Assembly (NCBI RefSeq): GCF_009914755.1
Contig: NC_060941.1
From: the human T2T-CHM13v2.0 reference genome, Homo sapiens
DNA length: 64,000 nt
Strand: one strand, 5' to 3'
Below are positions 36,277 through 55,737 of this stretch, piece by piece. A model generated the notes under the pieces. That model worked only from the letters and a program-made list of their open reading frames with translations. It had not been told where the DNA came from and did no database searches. Position numbers and translations under genes: made by a program. Position 1 is the first letter of the stretch. Each line of letters begins with the position of its first letter.

Positions 36277-36784
36277 CCCCATCTTGAGAGAAGATTCAGG
36301 GCATAGAGAACTGACAGGAGCCAATGGGAGCCAGAGCTCCTCAGTGATGGGGGGAGCTGGAAGTTCAACACTGCCCTCCAACACCACCCCACCCCCCCAC
36401 ATACACACACACAAACACACCATCTATGCAGAGACTACCACATCAACAGAGTTCACTAGTGACAGATGGAACGAGATTCAAACAAGATCAGGCATACTTC
36501 CCCATCACTCACAGGCTACCAGTTCGGTAAGATCTCTACCTCACCTGTCCCACTCCCCTACCCCACACTGAAGGAGTTAGATTTGGAGGAAGGAGGGGGC
36601 AGCCCATTCCTTACACTTCACCCTATGTTCCAAAGTGCTGGGATAACAGGAAGAGTGAAAGAGCAGACCGCACACTCTCCAATCACTTCTGATCCCACAA
36701 AACACAGGTCTGACCTACAAAAGGGCCAGGACATAGTTGTGAAAGATTTGAGATCAAATAGCTTTCGACATTCTTATTTTCTTT

Positions 36785-39091
<2,307 letters not shown>

Positions 39092-39306
39092 TAGGATGGT
39101 TTGACTTAGGATTGATACATATTTATACAGTACAAGTGTTTTCAGATATAGTATCTCATTTGATCTTTTTACTAACCCTGTAAGGAAATTACAAGGGCAG
39201 ATATTATCAATCCTATTTTTAAAATGAGGAAACAGATTTAGAAGGTAAACAGTTTAAGGGGACTCAACTTATAAGTTGCGGAGCTAAAAGCAGTTTCTAC
39301 CTTATA

Positions 39307-39529
39307 CAGATGATCCCCAACTTTACAATGGGTTTACCAGTACATAAGCCAACATAAACTGAGGAGCTCCTTACGACTTATGATGGGGTTACCCATCATA
39401 ATGTTGAAAAATCCTACGTTGAACCATCCTAAATCGGGGATCCTCTGCTGTGTTGTCAGCAATAAATCCATTTTCAACTTACACTGGGTTTATCGGGACA
39501 TAACCCAATCGTAAGTTGAAAAGCATCTG
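39307..39529. mobile_element. MER47/Tigger5-type MITE
   Basis: ta|cagatg... and ...catctg|ta inverted ends with TA target duplication. Confidence 0.75.
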
Positions 39530-39597
39530 TACTCTTTTCAGTAGATCTTTCAGATTCACTTTTCTGGATTTGTTGAAAAAGAAATTATATAAAAATA

Positions 39598-39990
<393 letters not shown>

Positions 39991-40247
39991 TTACAAAATC
40001 TTACTTCTACCTAATCGAAAGAATGGCCTAGCCTCAAATGAGACAGCAACGTGGTACTTCAGGCAGAATAAAGTACAATCAATTACACATATACTATGAA
40101 CATTGATAACACAGAAGCCAGTCTGCAGACCACGAGGAGTGTTTTAATGTTTTAAGAGTAGTATACTAAACATGCTTAAGAACCACTAGTCTTGAACAAT
40201 TTTCTGTATATATAATAAATTACACAGATAAATAGTATACAACTTAC

Positions 40248-40417
40248 CTACAATTCACTGTTGATTTTCCACCTTCAAATTCAGAATTCTTCCCCCATCT
40301 TTTAGGTAATTCTAATACCATAAGTCCTTTTATTCCTATAAGTGCTACATGATGTTGTGTTGGGCTTAACAAGACTTGATAGATTTCAAACAGGGGTGGA
40401 TTTATGCAAAGCAATCT
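40248..40417 (-). CDS. NUP88: NUP88 exon 2 [56 protein letters not shown]
   Basis: GT-AG boundaries, 170 nt. Confidence 0.95.
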
Positions 40418-40567
40418 CTGAAAATTAGAGCAAACCAGTCAACATAGTTAATTTTAATTTAAATATAGGTGGCAGTTACTTGAAATCACAGTAATACTTA
40501 GTTTACTACAATTATAGGATAATAAAACTCTGGATAAGTACTCACACTTGTACCATTAACTCACAAA

Positions 40568-42287
<1,720 letters not shown>

Positions 42288-43089
42288 TTCATAATTCTTT
42301 TTAACTGAAATTGGGTAAATAAGTAGACTGTAGACTCCTGCCCTATTTTCAAAACTGCAGAAGCATTGCTAGCGTCTTATTAAAATTAAATCACTTCTCG
42401 GTAACAAGAATTGGACCGGGCACACAACAGATGTCATACCTTAGAATGAGTACCAAGCTCTTTTTCATCTTTAAGAGAATCTGTGTATTACAAATAAACA
42501 TTTCCATAAACCAATATTTGACCACGGCAAGTGTGTAATACTTTCTGGATCACACCCATTTTCACATGCTGTCGGCTAATCAAAAACAAAAATCCCCATT
42601 TTGGGTATGGCTTTATTTTCTAAAGCGGGCGTTACGGGGGTAAGAATTAACAGAGACTTCCTCCTCCATGTCAAGCATGAAGCGTGGTGCTTTGAAACCT
42701 GCAACCTGACTTGCTGTGCACAACGCAAGAGAAAGTTACGATCTAACCTATTATAAGCGTCACATCAGGAAACAGGTTTCTCTCGACGAAACTAAAAATA
42801 GCAACTCCGCCCACTCGTTCTCAACCCCTTTAGCCCGCTTTGTTTTTCTCCAGAGCACTCATCCGTCACTAGTATTTTTATTGAATATTCAATGACCCTT
42901 TCCTTCCTCCCAGGCCTCCAGGCCGTAAGCATCGAGAGAGCCTGAGTCCCCGCGACCGCGTATGGCAGCGTCGGAGTCAATCCGCTGGAACGCCTGCCAC
43001 AAGATGAAAAACAGCCAAGAGGAGCAAGGAACAAAAAAGACTGGTTCCGATCCCGGTGAGGGTCACTTCCAAGATCGGCCTGGCATTAC

Positions 43090-43386
43090 CTGGTACTGGG
43101 ACAGGGCGGGCTCTTCGCCGCCGCCGCTGGGGCCCCGAAGGCGAACGACTAAGAAGGAGCTGTCTTCTCCGTCCCACAGGAAAAGCTCTCCGCCGAGGCC
43201 AAAGACCACGTTTCTCGTCAGCAACTGCGGCGGCGGCGACGAAGGCAACGACGAAGAAGCTGGTTTCTCAGCTTCGGTTGGACTCTGGTTTTTCAGTCCC
43301 TCCCGGAGCCGCAAGAACACGACGTGGTTAGGAAGCCAGGTCTGCCACAGCTCGCCGTCGCCCACCGGTCCCTCGGCGGCCGCCAT
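43090..43386 (-). CDS. NUP88: NUP88 exon 1 coding part [24 protein letters not shown]...EPALSQYQ (nucleoporin 88; 17 exons total 741 aa)
   Basis: ATG 43384-43386 in AAGATGG context; CAG|gtaat donor; exon lengths sum to 2226 nt. Confidence 0.97.
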
Positions 43387-43946
43387 CTTGGCCCAACTGC
43401 TCCCCTCACTCCAGTTGCTCAGCCCGCCGCTGAGCACAGCCAATCCGCGGCCGTCCACTCACTGTTTCGGCCAATCACCGAGCAGACGGCCCGGAAGCTC
43501 GAGAGGCTCGTGCCAGGTCGGGGGGCGAAGGCGAGGCCAGCCCACCAAGCAGGGGCGTCACCAAGGGAAAGCCAATCACCATTATTTCTGAAGCCCAAGG
43601 GGGCGGGACGAGAAGTCAACATAATGGTGGTGCTGCTGGAAATATAGCACCTGGGGAGAGCCTGAGACTTGTGTATCTAATTGCCTATTGGACACCTCCA
43701 TCTGGGTAAACCCAGGCATCCAGAACTTTCCCTCAAGACTTACCTCCCTCAGTGCAGGTCGGGCTGGCCTCACGCATTTCGCTTGGATGCCTAAATCTGT
43801 CTCCACGTGGGGCCGGTCGATAAAACAACACTTCCCAGAATACGCTGCGATCCATTCGCGGTCTGCACCCGGAAAGTACACCTCCCAGGGGTCTGTGCGC
43901 GCCTCCAGGGAACGGGTCTTGTGGCTTTGTCTCCCGCGAAGAGGAG

Positions 43947-44027
43947 ATGGCGGAGTCGTTGAGGTCTCCGCGCCGCTCCCTGTACAAACTGGTGGGCTCG
44001 CCGCCTTGGAAAGAGGCTTTCCGGCAG
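43947..44027 (+). CDS. RPAIN: RPAIN (RPA-interacting protein) exon 1 MAESLRSPRRSLYKLVGSPPWKEAFRQ
   Basis: GAGATGG Kozak context, CAG|gtggg donor; 81 nt. Confidence 0.95.
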
Positions 44028-44491
44028 GTGGGTATGGGGTTTGTGCAGTGGTCTACCCTAGATCGTCCCGGTGACCGCCGTCTTCCCTGCCTTCGCCTTA
44101 GCCCTGCTCCGTGGAGCAGGTGCCGCAGCGCGCCTGGTCTGGTCAAACCCAGGCCTGCTGACTGTAGAGTGTGGGATTAGCCCGGGTCGGTCAAGTCCTA
44201 GAAAGCCTTGTTTTTGGATTCGATTTTGTTTTGAATTTAAATTGTGGTCAGGACATCACCGTTTGCACCTCTGCAATAACACTACCTACTGTTGCTGCGG
44301 AGGTGGCCACCGAGAGAGGCACTTTGTCTACGTTCGTCTTGTGAGATAGAGATGATTTCTATTCTAGAGAGTAGTAAAATGAGGCTTAGAAGAGGGCTCC
44401 ACCTCAGTTCTGGCCTCTTCTGAACACAGTGTGGTTATTAGTAAGTAATGTCCAAGAAAGTAACCCGACGCAAGAAAGATAGCAGATACAG

Positions 44492-44688
44492 CAGAGTTTC
44501 TCAGCCTTGACAATGGACATTTTGAGGGAGATATTTATATGTTGTGGAGGGTTGTTTAAGCCACGTCTCGGGCCTCCACCCACTAGATGCTAATAGTCCT
44601 ATAACTAGAATTGTGACAACCAGAAATGTCTCCAAGCATTGCCAAATGTTCCTTGGGGGACAAAACCTCCCTGAGTTCAGAAACGCTG
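44492..44688 (-). mobile_element. MER20 MITE in RPAIN intron 1
   Basis: cccactagatgc...tgtgacaaccagaaatgtctcc...attgccaaatgt, reverse of the 29146 element. Confidence 0.78.
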
Positions 44689-45031
44689 CTGTGCAGGAAG
44701 GCCGTTACCCAGCCATATCTAGAGTAGCAAGAATTTGGAAGGAATATAAATGTTCTGTAATAGGACATTGGATGCTGAGATATTATGCACACAACCATTA
44801 AGGAAACTGGCAAGCTAGAATAAAAAATATGGTTCTTTGTAAATACGTGTACAAAGCATTGTAATTTTATGTATCTCTACAGAGGAATATGCAAAAGTAA
44901 CACTAGTTAGTATTATCATTGAAATTTTGTGTCTATAAACTTTCTTTAATGTTTTCTCAACTAATGTAAGAGTGTTTTTTAAAAATAGAAATGCTTTTTT
45001 TTTCCCCCCCAATCTTGCTCTTTTTTCCCAG

Positions 45032-45202
45032 AGATGCCTGGAGAGAATGAGAAACAGCCGGGACAGGCTCCTAAACAGGTACCGCCAGGCTGGAAGCAGT
45101 GGGCCAGGGAATTCTCAGAACAGCTTTCTAGTTCAAGAGGTGATGGAAGAAGAGTGGAATGCTTTGCAGTCAGTGGAGAATTGTCCAGAAGACTTGGCTC
45201 AG
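45032..45202 (+). CDS. RPAIN: RPAIN exon 2 [57 protein letters not shown]
   Basis: ttcccag| acceptor, CAG|gtcag donor; 171 nt. Confidence 0.95.
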
Positions 45203-45486
45203 GTCAGGCTGGGCTATGTGTTTTCAGGGAGGGGGACTGCACCACCAAGAACGGCTCGTGTCCTCTTTTATTTGTTTACTTGAGTCCTCTAAACCCACCA
45301 TTCCCCTAACCCCATTTAGAATTCAACAGCCTTTAACCCAGGCTTTTCTACACTTAATGTTAGACTTGTCTAGATGAAATGGTCTGAAATACCAGACCGT
45401 AGACCTGCTCATCACTGCAACATCATCATTTATGAAACTAAAAAGAAAGAAATTTCATTTCTTGCCTCCACCCTTGGAAATTATGA

Positions 45487-45788
<302 letters not shown>

Positions 45789-46504
45789 TAAAAAGGTCTC
45801 CAGAAACTTTCCGATTCTAATCTCAGCCAACGTTGGCAGCCATGTGTGGAAGGGAAAACCATTTATAGTGTATCAGGAAGAACACTGGATTCGAAGTCAG
45901 GAGTTCCAGAATTCAAATCCTGGTTTGGCTATTGACTGTTAACTTCAGTTTGCCTCTTTGAGGTTTAGTTTTCACATTTATAAAATGAGAAGATAATGTT
46001 TTCAGCATTGTAAGGACTGTGTAAGAAAATGTGGGCAACTGTTTGAAACCATCAACACCCTGTGTAATAATGATGCATTATTCAGTGGCTTTTGTGTGTC
46101 CTGCAGTACACCAATGTTTGCCTTATATCACCACAACTAGTACTCACAGTAACCCTCTTAGATAGATTTTATTCCCACTTTACAGAGGCCAAAACTGAGA
46201 TTTGCAGAGATTAGGAACTTTTCATGTGGTTACGTAGCCTTGGAAGAATATGTACCTAACTGCTACCCTATATCGTCTCTCCAAAATTGGGTACCATTAT
46301 TTTGTCACTGGATAGTTGGATCATTTGTTGATGGCTTGTCAGCATGACAGCATTACCCCACTGTCAGCATATTCTGCAGGAGGACTGGACTGATTTTGTC
46401 CAATAAATCTGGGTTCTTCAAGCCAGCCTCCAAGTATGAATCACTGTGGGGCTTGGTTGGTGATTAATACTTCAAACTTCTGATGCCGCTCCTTTCTCTT
46501 CCAG

Positions 46505-46565
46505 CTGGAGGAGCTGATAGACATGGCTGTGCTGGAGGAAATTCAACAGGAGCTGATCAACCAAG
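46505..46565 (+). CDS. RPAIN: RPAIN exon 3 LEELIDMAVLEEIQQELINQ
   Basis: cttccag| acceptor, G|gtaac donor; 61 nt. Confidence 0.94.
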
Positions 46566-48730
46566 GTAACCCCTAGTAGTAGTCCTTCCTTACCTGTATT
46601 TAGCTACTGGAATACTGTGACCTTTCCTCCAATCAGGATTAGTTTATAAGTCCCCTTTGTCTACCTCCATCAGTCAAGTGTCCAAAAGACTCCTTTTGTA
46701 CTCTGACATCTTGGCTGTCTAGCTTCTCAATAATAAGGGTCTCCAGGGTGCTAGACCTTGTGCTAAGAACTTCTCATTTAATGATGCTGTTTTCTCCATG
46801 TGACTGCCCTGTAAGATAGTAGTATTAGAACAGAAGGTGGTTGGTGTTCTCGTGCAGGTCATACAGCTAGTAAGTGGAGGAGATGGGAAGCAAAATCAGT
46901 TGTATGAATCCAGTTCCCATGTTTCTTCTACCATCCTGCCTCTCTATTAATGGGTTAATAGTTCACTGAGGGTGGTGGCTTATGCCTGTAATCCCAGCAT
47001 TTTGAGAGGCTGAGGCAGGAGTATTGCTTGAGGCCAGTTCAAGACCAGCATGGGCAACATAACAAGATCCTGTCTCTACAGAAGTAAAAAAAAAAAAAAA
47101 AAAATTATCTGGGTGTGGTAGCAAATACTTGTAGCCTCCCTCAGCCAGAAGGCTTAGGCAGGAGGATCACTTGAACCCAAGAGTTTAAGGTTACAGTGAG
47201 CTATAATTTTACCACCTCACTCCAGCCTGGCTGACAGAGGGAGACCCTGTCACTTTAAAAAATAAAATAAAAAAAAGTAAACCTGCCATTTTACAGGATA
47301 CAGTGATAGTGCATGGTCTGATCCCTTGCCCTATTCATTTTAAGTGCCACATTCTCTATTAACTCCCCAGGGCCTGTGAGCATCCACTCCTTGAGGGAGG
47401 TGTCCATAGCATGGTGTAGAGAGCATAATTTTGTACCTTATATAGTTAAGTCATTTATTCCATGTAGCCCTGATTTGATTAGGCCTTGTTTGGTTTTTGT
47501 TTTTGTTTTTTTTGAGACAGGGTCTCTGCCCAGGCTGGAATGCAGTGGCGTGATCACGGCCCACTGCAGCCTTGACCTCCTGGGCTTAAGCGATCTTCCC
47601 ACCTCAGCCTTCTGAATAGCTGGGATCATAGGCGTGTGCCACCACCCCTGGCTAATTTTTTTTTATTAATTTTTTTTTTTTAGCTAAAGATGATAAAAAC
47701 AAGACAAAAAATTATTTTATTTATGTATTTTTTTTTTTTTTGAGATAGGTTCTTGCTCTGTTGCCCAGGCTGGAGTGCAGTGATGTAATCATGGCTCACT
47801 GTGGCTTCATCCTCCTAGGCTCAACCAATCCTCTCATCTCAGCCTCCCGAGTAGCTGGGACCGCAAGTGTGCACCACCATACCGAGCTAATTTTTTTATT
47901 TTTTTGTAGAGACAGGGTCTCACTGTGTTGCCCAGGCTGGTCTCGAACTCCTCCCTGGTCTCAAGTGATCCCCCCACCTCAGCCTCCTAAAGTTTTGAGA
48001 TTACAGGCATGAGCCAAAATGCCTAGCCTAATTTTTTAAATTTTTTTGTAGAGGCAGGGTCTCACTATGTTGCCTAGGCTGGTCTCAAACAGCTGGACTC
48101 AAACCATCCTCCTACTTCAGCCTCCCAAAGTGTTGGGATTACAGACATGAGGCATGGCCCCCAGCCTTAGGCTTCATTTTTATGACCTATAAAATGGAGA
48201 GAATACCCTATAAATTTGTTGTAAGGCTTAAATAACGTGTGTAGAAGACTTAGTGCATTGTCTGGCATATAGAGAGCTTTCAATAATCAACAGCTATTAT
48301 TATGGTGAGGCAAGAGCACAAGCTCTTGAGTCATACCTCTAACATTCACTTGGCTTTACTACTTTAATTTGTGTGGCACCGACCAAAGCACTTAATTTCC
48401 CCGTGCCTCAGTTTCTTCACCTTTGAAATAAGGATAATAATAGTGAAGAAGTTAATATATGTAAGGAATTTAAAATAGCATTTGACACATAAGTGCCATG
48501 CAAGTGTTAGTTGTTAATGACTGTTGCTGTCGACTCTGGTTAGACTGTAAATTCCTTAAGTTATCATCTTTTTTTATTGATTTTCCCTTCCCCCACCTAC
48601 AAAACCTATCTTAGTGGTGAAACATAAGCCTGACCAAATGTTTTATTTTGGGGCATACTTAACTAATAAGTCTGAAGTGACAAGGATTTACTGTGTTGTG
48701 CTGTACTCAGCCATAAGGAACATTCTAAAG

Positions 48731-48893
48731 CAGAAGTTGGCAGACTTTTTGTGAAGAGCCAGATAGCAAATACTTTAGACTTCACAGACCATGTGGTCTC
48801 TGGCACAATTTCTCAGCTCTGCAGTTCTAGTGGAAAAGCAGTTATAGACACTACATAAACAAATAAGCGTGACTGTAGTTTTTTGACCCCTTC
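48731..48893 (+). mobile_element. MER58A-like hAT MITE
   Basis: ttggcagactttttgtgaagagccagatagcaaatactttagac...gtggaaaagcagttatagaca. Confidence 0.7.
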
Positions 48894-48988
48894 CCTAATG
48901 TCTAGACTGTGAGCTCAACAATGACAGTCTTTTTCATCTTTGTGCCCCTGTGACTAGCAGATACTAGGTACTGTTGTATGTTTGCTGA

Positions 48989-49234
<246 letters not shown>

Positions 49235-49706
49235 TAATTTTTTGTGTTTGTTAGTAGAGATGGGTTTCACCATGTTGGCCAGGCTGGTTTCGAACTCCTG
49301 ACCTCGAGTGATCTGCCTGCCTCAGCCTCCCAAAGTGTTGGGATTACAGGTGTGAGTCACCGTGCCCGGCCAGCAATCAGTTCTCTTTGTCAACTTTATT
49401 TAGTTGCCTGTGGGACCCTGACATTCTGTATCTGTGCTCCTATGGCCTCTGGAGATGTGTGTGAAAATTGTCTCCTCGGCCCTTAGCCTACTTCACCTCT
49501 TGTGCTCACAAAAAGGGGACAGAGAGGAGGGAGAGGAATCCAGCAAGATGAAGCCAGCCTGAGAGAGCATAAAAACCAGTCATTGGTATTGTGGTCTTGC
49601 CCAAATCTTTCCCTCGTGTGAAGGAAGCCTTTGACAGTGAAGTTTAGAATTAAATACAGGGCCAGCTGAAGCATGGTGAAGCCCTCCAACTGCCTTTGCC
49701 TTGCAG

Positions 49707-49818
49707 AGCAGTCCATCATCAGCGAGTATGAGAAGAGCTTGCAGTTTGATGAAAAGTGTCTCAGCATCATGCTGGCTGAGTGGGAGGCAAACCCACTCAT
49801 CTGTCCTGTATGTACAAA
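49707..49818 (+). CDS. RPAIN: RPAIN exon 4 (E)[36 protein letters not shown]
   Basis: ttgcag| acceptor, AA|gtaag donor; 112 nt; CxxC motif. Confidence 0.94.
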
Positions 49819-49971
49819 GTAAGAGTTTTTAAAACCTTTTCAGCATTATTCGTTCCCATTCCCCACTCCAAGGTGAGTGGAATCTCCCCCCAGATTTGTT
49901 GCCTGAAATTCAAGGTTTGGAGATCCAGGTCTGGTGGCCATGATGCTCTGGGATCCTAATTCTGCTTCTAG

Positions 49972-50035
49972 GTACAACCTGAGAATCACAAGCGGTGTGG
50001 TGGTGTGTCAGTGTGGCCTGTCCATCCCATCTCAT
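49972..50035 (+). CDS. RPAIN: RPAIN exon 5 YNLRITSGVVVCQCGLSIPSH
   Basis: ttctag| acceptor, CAT|gtgag donor; 64 nt. Confidence 0.94.
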
Positions 50036-50301
50036 GTGAGTGTTCCACACACAGATTTCATGATACTTCTTCCCACATGGATCTACTTTCTTGAAGATCC
50101 TCCAGTGCTGACTTGGAGCCCATTGTGCATATTTCTTCCCAGTTTTATGTTCAGTGGTGTCACATTGGTAGCTTCAAATCAGCCATGGTGAGAATATCTA
50201 TGGCATGAAAATTGGCAAACAGTACACATCAGAGCCTTTAGGGCCCTGGAGAGCCATCACCGCTTAACGTTTTTATGGAGACCTCAGCTTGGGATTGGTA
50301 A

Positions 50302-50658
<357 letters not shown>

Positions 50659-50722
50659 TGAGCCACCACGCCCGGCCTTCAGTAATCTTAAAATACAGAA
50701 AAAGCCCTTTTATCTGGCATGA

Positions 50723-51208
<486 letters not shown>

Positions 51209-51806
51209 TAGTCCAGAGTTTCCGGTTTTAATTCCATAAAGTGGATCAAGAAACTGAGTATACAACTTAGGAATTTTTCCTCCCCATCTTTTACCTAATT
51301 CTATAGCTCTTTTTCTTTCTTTCTTTTTTTTTTAAGCAGCTCATCTGTTTGTTTCCTAAACATTCTACTTATCACTATAAAAATAAAACTTATTATTTAC
51401 ATAATAAGTAATTAGCATTACTGAGTTACAGTAGGAAGTTCAAGTAACCCAAGCAGACCCGGGAGCATATACTGCTAGTTGTTGGTAAGGATGCACTCAG
51501 CTGGTGGGGGCAGAGGCAGAGGGAGGCTGGAAAGTAGCCTACAATCTCTGAGCGTTCTTCCTGCCATGAGTGGCCATCAGTGTGTTTGACAGCAGGAGTA
51601 GAGGGCGTTGGTTAATCTGGAGAGGCAGTTAAATGGAGATGGGTTAAGAGATCTTGGTACAGTCATGGGCCCGAGTGTCTTTAAGGCTCCAAGGAGTCAA
51701 GCCATCACAGTGAGCCACGGTTATATTGGTTGGCATGAGGAATGAGGATTTTCCATCTGTTGGCTATCAAGTCACTGAGAGGAGGTTGAACTTTTTTATT
51801 TTGTAG

Positions 51807-51947
51807 TCTTCTGAGTTGACAGAGCAGAAGCTTCGTGCCTGTTTAGAGGGTAGTATAAATGAGCACAGTGCACATTGTCCCCACACACCTGAATTTTCAG
51901 TCACTGGAGGAACAGAAGAAAAGTCCAGTCTTCTCATGAGCTGTCTG
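51807..51947 (+). CDS. RPAIN: RPAIN exon 6 [47 protein letters not shown]
   Basis: ttgtag| acceptor, CTG|gtaag donor; 141 nt symmetric exon. Confidence 0.94.
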
Positions 51948-53602
51948 GTAAGCGTCTCCTGGGACCCACTCTGTGGTAAGAGGGACCTGTGGTTGGTTTT
52001 ATTCCCACCTTGATAGAAATAATGACCTATAAACAGGTAAATGTTTAATGCAGTTTATTATCTGAGGAATTTACCTGCATAGAAAAGTGAAGGTAACAAG
52101 TCATTTAGACTCAAAGGCCAGTCAGAAAGAAGGGAAGAGGCAGCATGGGATCACGGCAAGAGGATTGGTCTGGGAGTTAGGACGCCTGGCTCCACACCTG
52201 CTCTTCTTTGATCAGTAGTAGTGGTTTTGGATTCAGCTGGTCATTTCATAGTCATAAGACCCAGATAGGCCATGCTGGCACCACTTTTGCGGAAGGAAAC
52301 AGGGCAGAAGCATAGCAGGGCAGCATTAGGTTTGTCTGTCAGTGGAGTTTTTACAGAGGTCCAAGGGCTATTCGCTAACCTGAGTGACAACTGAGGTGTG
52401 AGGGCCAGGAACACAAGTGGGTAAGGGAACCACCTGTCTTAGAAGCGTGCTATAGGAACCAATATCTCTTATAATCCATGTCCTTTCCATATATGTGTAT
52501 GTATGTATGTACATGTGTATATATATCACACAAACACACATAAAACCAATATGATACGTATTATTATTGCTTTTAGATCCCAGGCAGGGGGAGCCTTGGG
52601 ATTAGGAGCACACTGTACTTCAGGAAGTTCATAGCCATGGCTTTCTACTGGGAATTTAGAATTCCTTCATGGCCCTGTCATTCCAAATGCAGTTAACCTA
52701 CAGAGGTCATTTTTATTATAAGCAGCATTGCCTGGTAACAGCCATTTCACCTTTATCAAGTTTCTTCCATAGGTATTCTACTCATTCATTAAAAAAAAAA
52801 TGAATTGAGGACTCATTAACATTGAGAAATACACATCTCTCACAGAGCTCAAGCCTTGGGTTGGTAATAAGAGAACAGAATAAACAGGCAGTACCCTGGA
52901 GAGCTGTACAAGGAGGGCTTATGGGAGTTCAGAGGAGGGTGATCTCCTTTATGGTGACACCTTCCTGGAGGAGGCATTTAACTTGGCCTTGAAGCATGGA
53001 ATCGATCTGGACAGACATGGAGATCTGGTGAGTTGTGGGGGTAGAGCTTAAGTGGAAGATCCCCACATAGAAGAACAAGGCAGAGAAGCAGGAAACTGGA
53101 GTATATACAAAGAGCATCTTGTTCTACTTAGCTGGAGCATTAGGTTCATGAGGGAGAGGATAGTTCCTGTTAGGAATAGGAAACAGATTCAGAGAAGTGA
53201 TGTAATCTGGCCAAAATTTTACTACTAATAAGCGATAGAGCTGGTGTTAGACCCCAGGTCTTTGTGGTTCCAGTGCCCCTGCTGTTTCCTGCTCCAGGCT
53301 CAGGCCTTGGTGGAAGGATGCCATTTTCCATCAGCTTGTATGGAAAGAGACATAGCAGGTGAAAGTTTAAATAAAACCCCTCACTACTTCCTGTTGACTA
53401 CAAGCATATGTTCCCTTCTGTTCCAGCTATCCAGCACTGGTAGCAGATGCTCAAATATGCAGTGCTTTCAGGCCTCTGTGCTGTTGTTTAGGCTGTTCTG
53501 TCTGAATGACTTTGACTCCTCCCACTACATTTAAGGATCATTTGCACAAATATTTACCAAGCACTACAATATGCCGTGTACTTCATTCAGCCTGATTCCT
53601 CA

Positions 53603-55237
<1,635 letters not shown>

Positions 55238-55607
55238 AGGAGGGGGAAAGACAAAATTGTATTCTGTAGGTCTTGAGTTCAACATTTGGAAAGGTAGACA
55301 TTTGGAATGCTCTAGTTCCACTAGACCTTTGGTTTTCACTTAAGGGGGAATCAAGGACCATTGTGTTAGAATCCAGTGAGGTCAGGACGTAGGGACGCTC
55401 AGGACAGATGGCTGAGGATGTGTTGAAAGATAGGGGTGGGTTACAGAAGATTGCACTCTATCACAAGACGAGGAATGTTTCGGATGTGGCGGTGCTCAAG
55501 TGGTGGTCCTGGGATGGAATATGCCAAACCGCCTATTAGCAGAGTTACAGTGTCTTTTAGAGAAAGCCAAACATATTACCTGTGGAAGTGGTAAGAAACA
55601 AGAGTAA

Positions 55608-55737
55608 CCCACTTATGCCTACTGTTTAATTATTGGAACGCTAAGCCTGTGGGAGTTATTGATCCCCTACTGCTCAAGGTCATCGCCAAGGTCTGATTTT
55701 TCACACAAAAAAATTTGCAACCTCTGGCATAAATGGG
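55608..55737 (+). mobile_element. MER85 (piggyBac/PGBD3-derived MITE)
   Basis: gtaa|CCCACTTATGCC...GGCATAAATGGG|ttaa inverted ends with TTAA-type target site; interior matches MER85 from recall. Confidence 0.88.

Larger units (their letters stand above)
42930..44200. promoter_or_regulatory. CpG island and bidirectional NUP88/RPAIN promoter
   Basis: Divergent ATGs at 43386 and 43947; CCAAT 43440, 43471, 43572; CCGGAAG (ETS) 43491; GC box ~43599; YY1 motif 43379-43390. Confidence 0.9.

Noticed and set aside
43387-43458. In-frame GTG-initiated N-terminal extension of NUP88
   Set aside because: The GTG lies among the CCAAT boxes, probably upstream of the TSS, and the annotated ATG has strong context.
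42962-43591. 209-aa plus-strand ORF, the longest in the track
   Set aside because: Antisense shadow of GC-rich NUP88 exon 1; no recognisable domain or splice partners.
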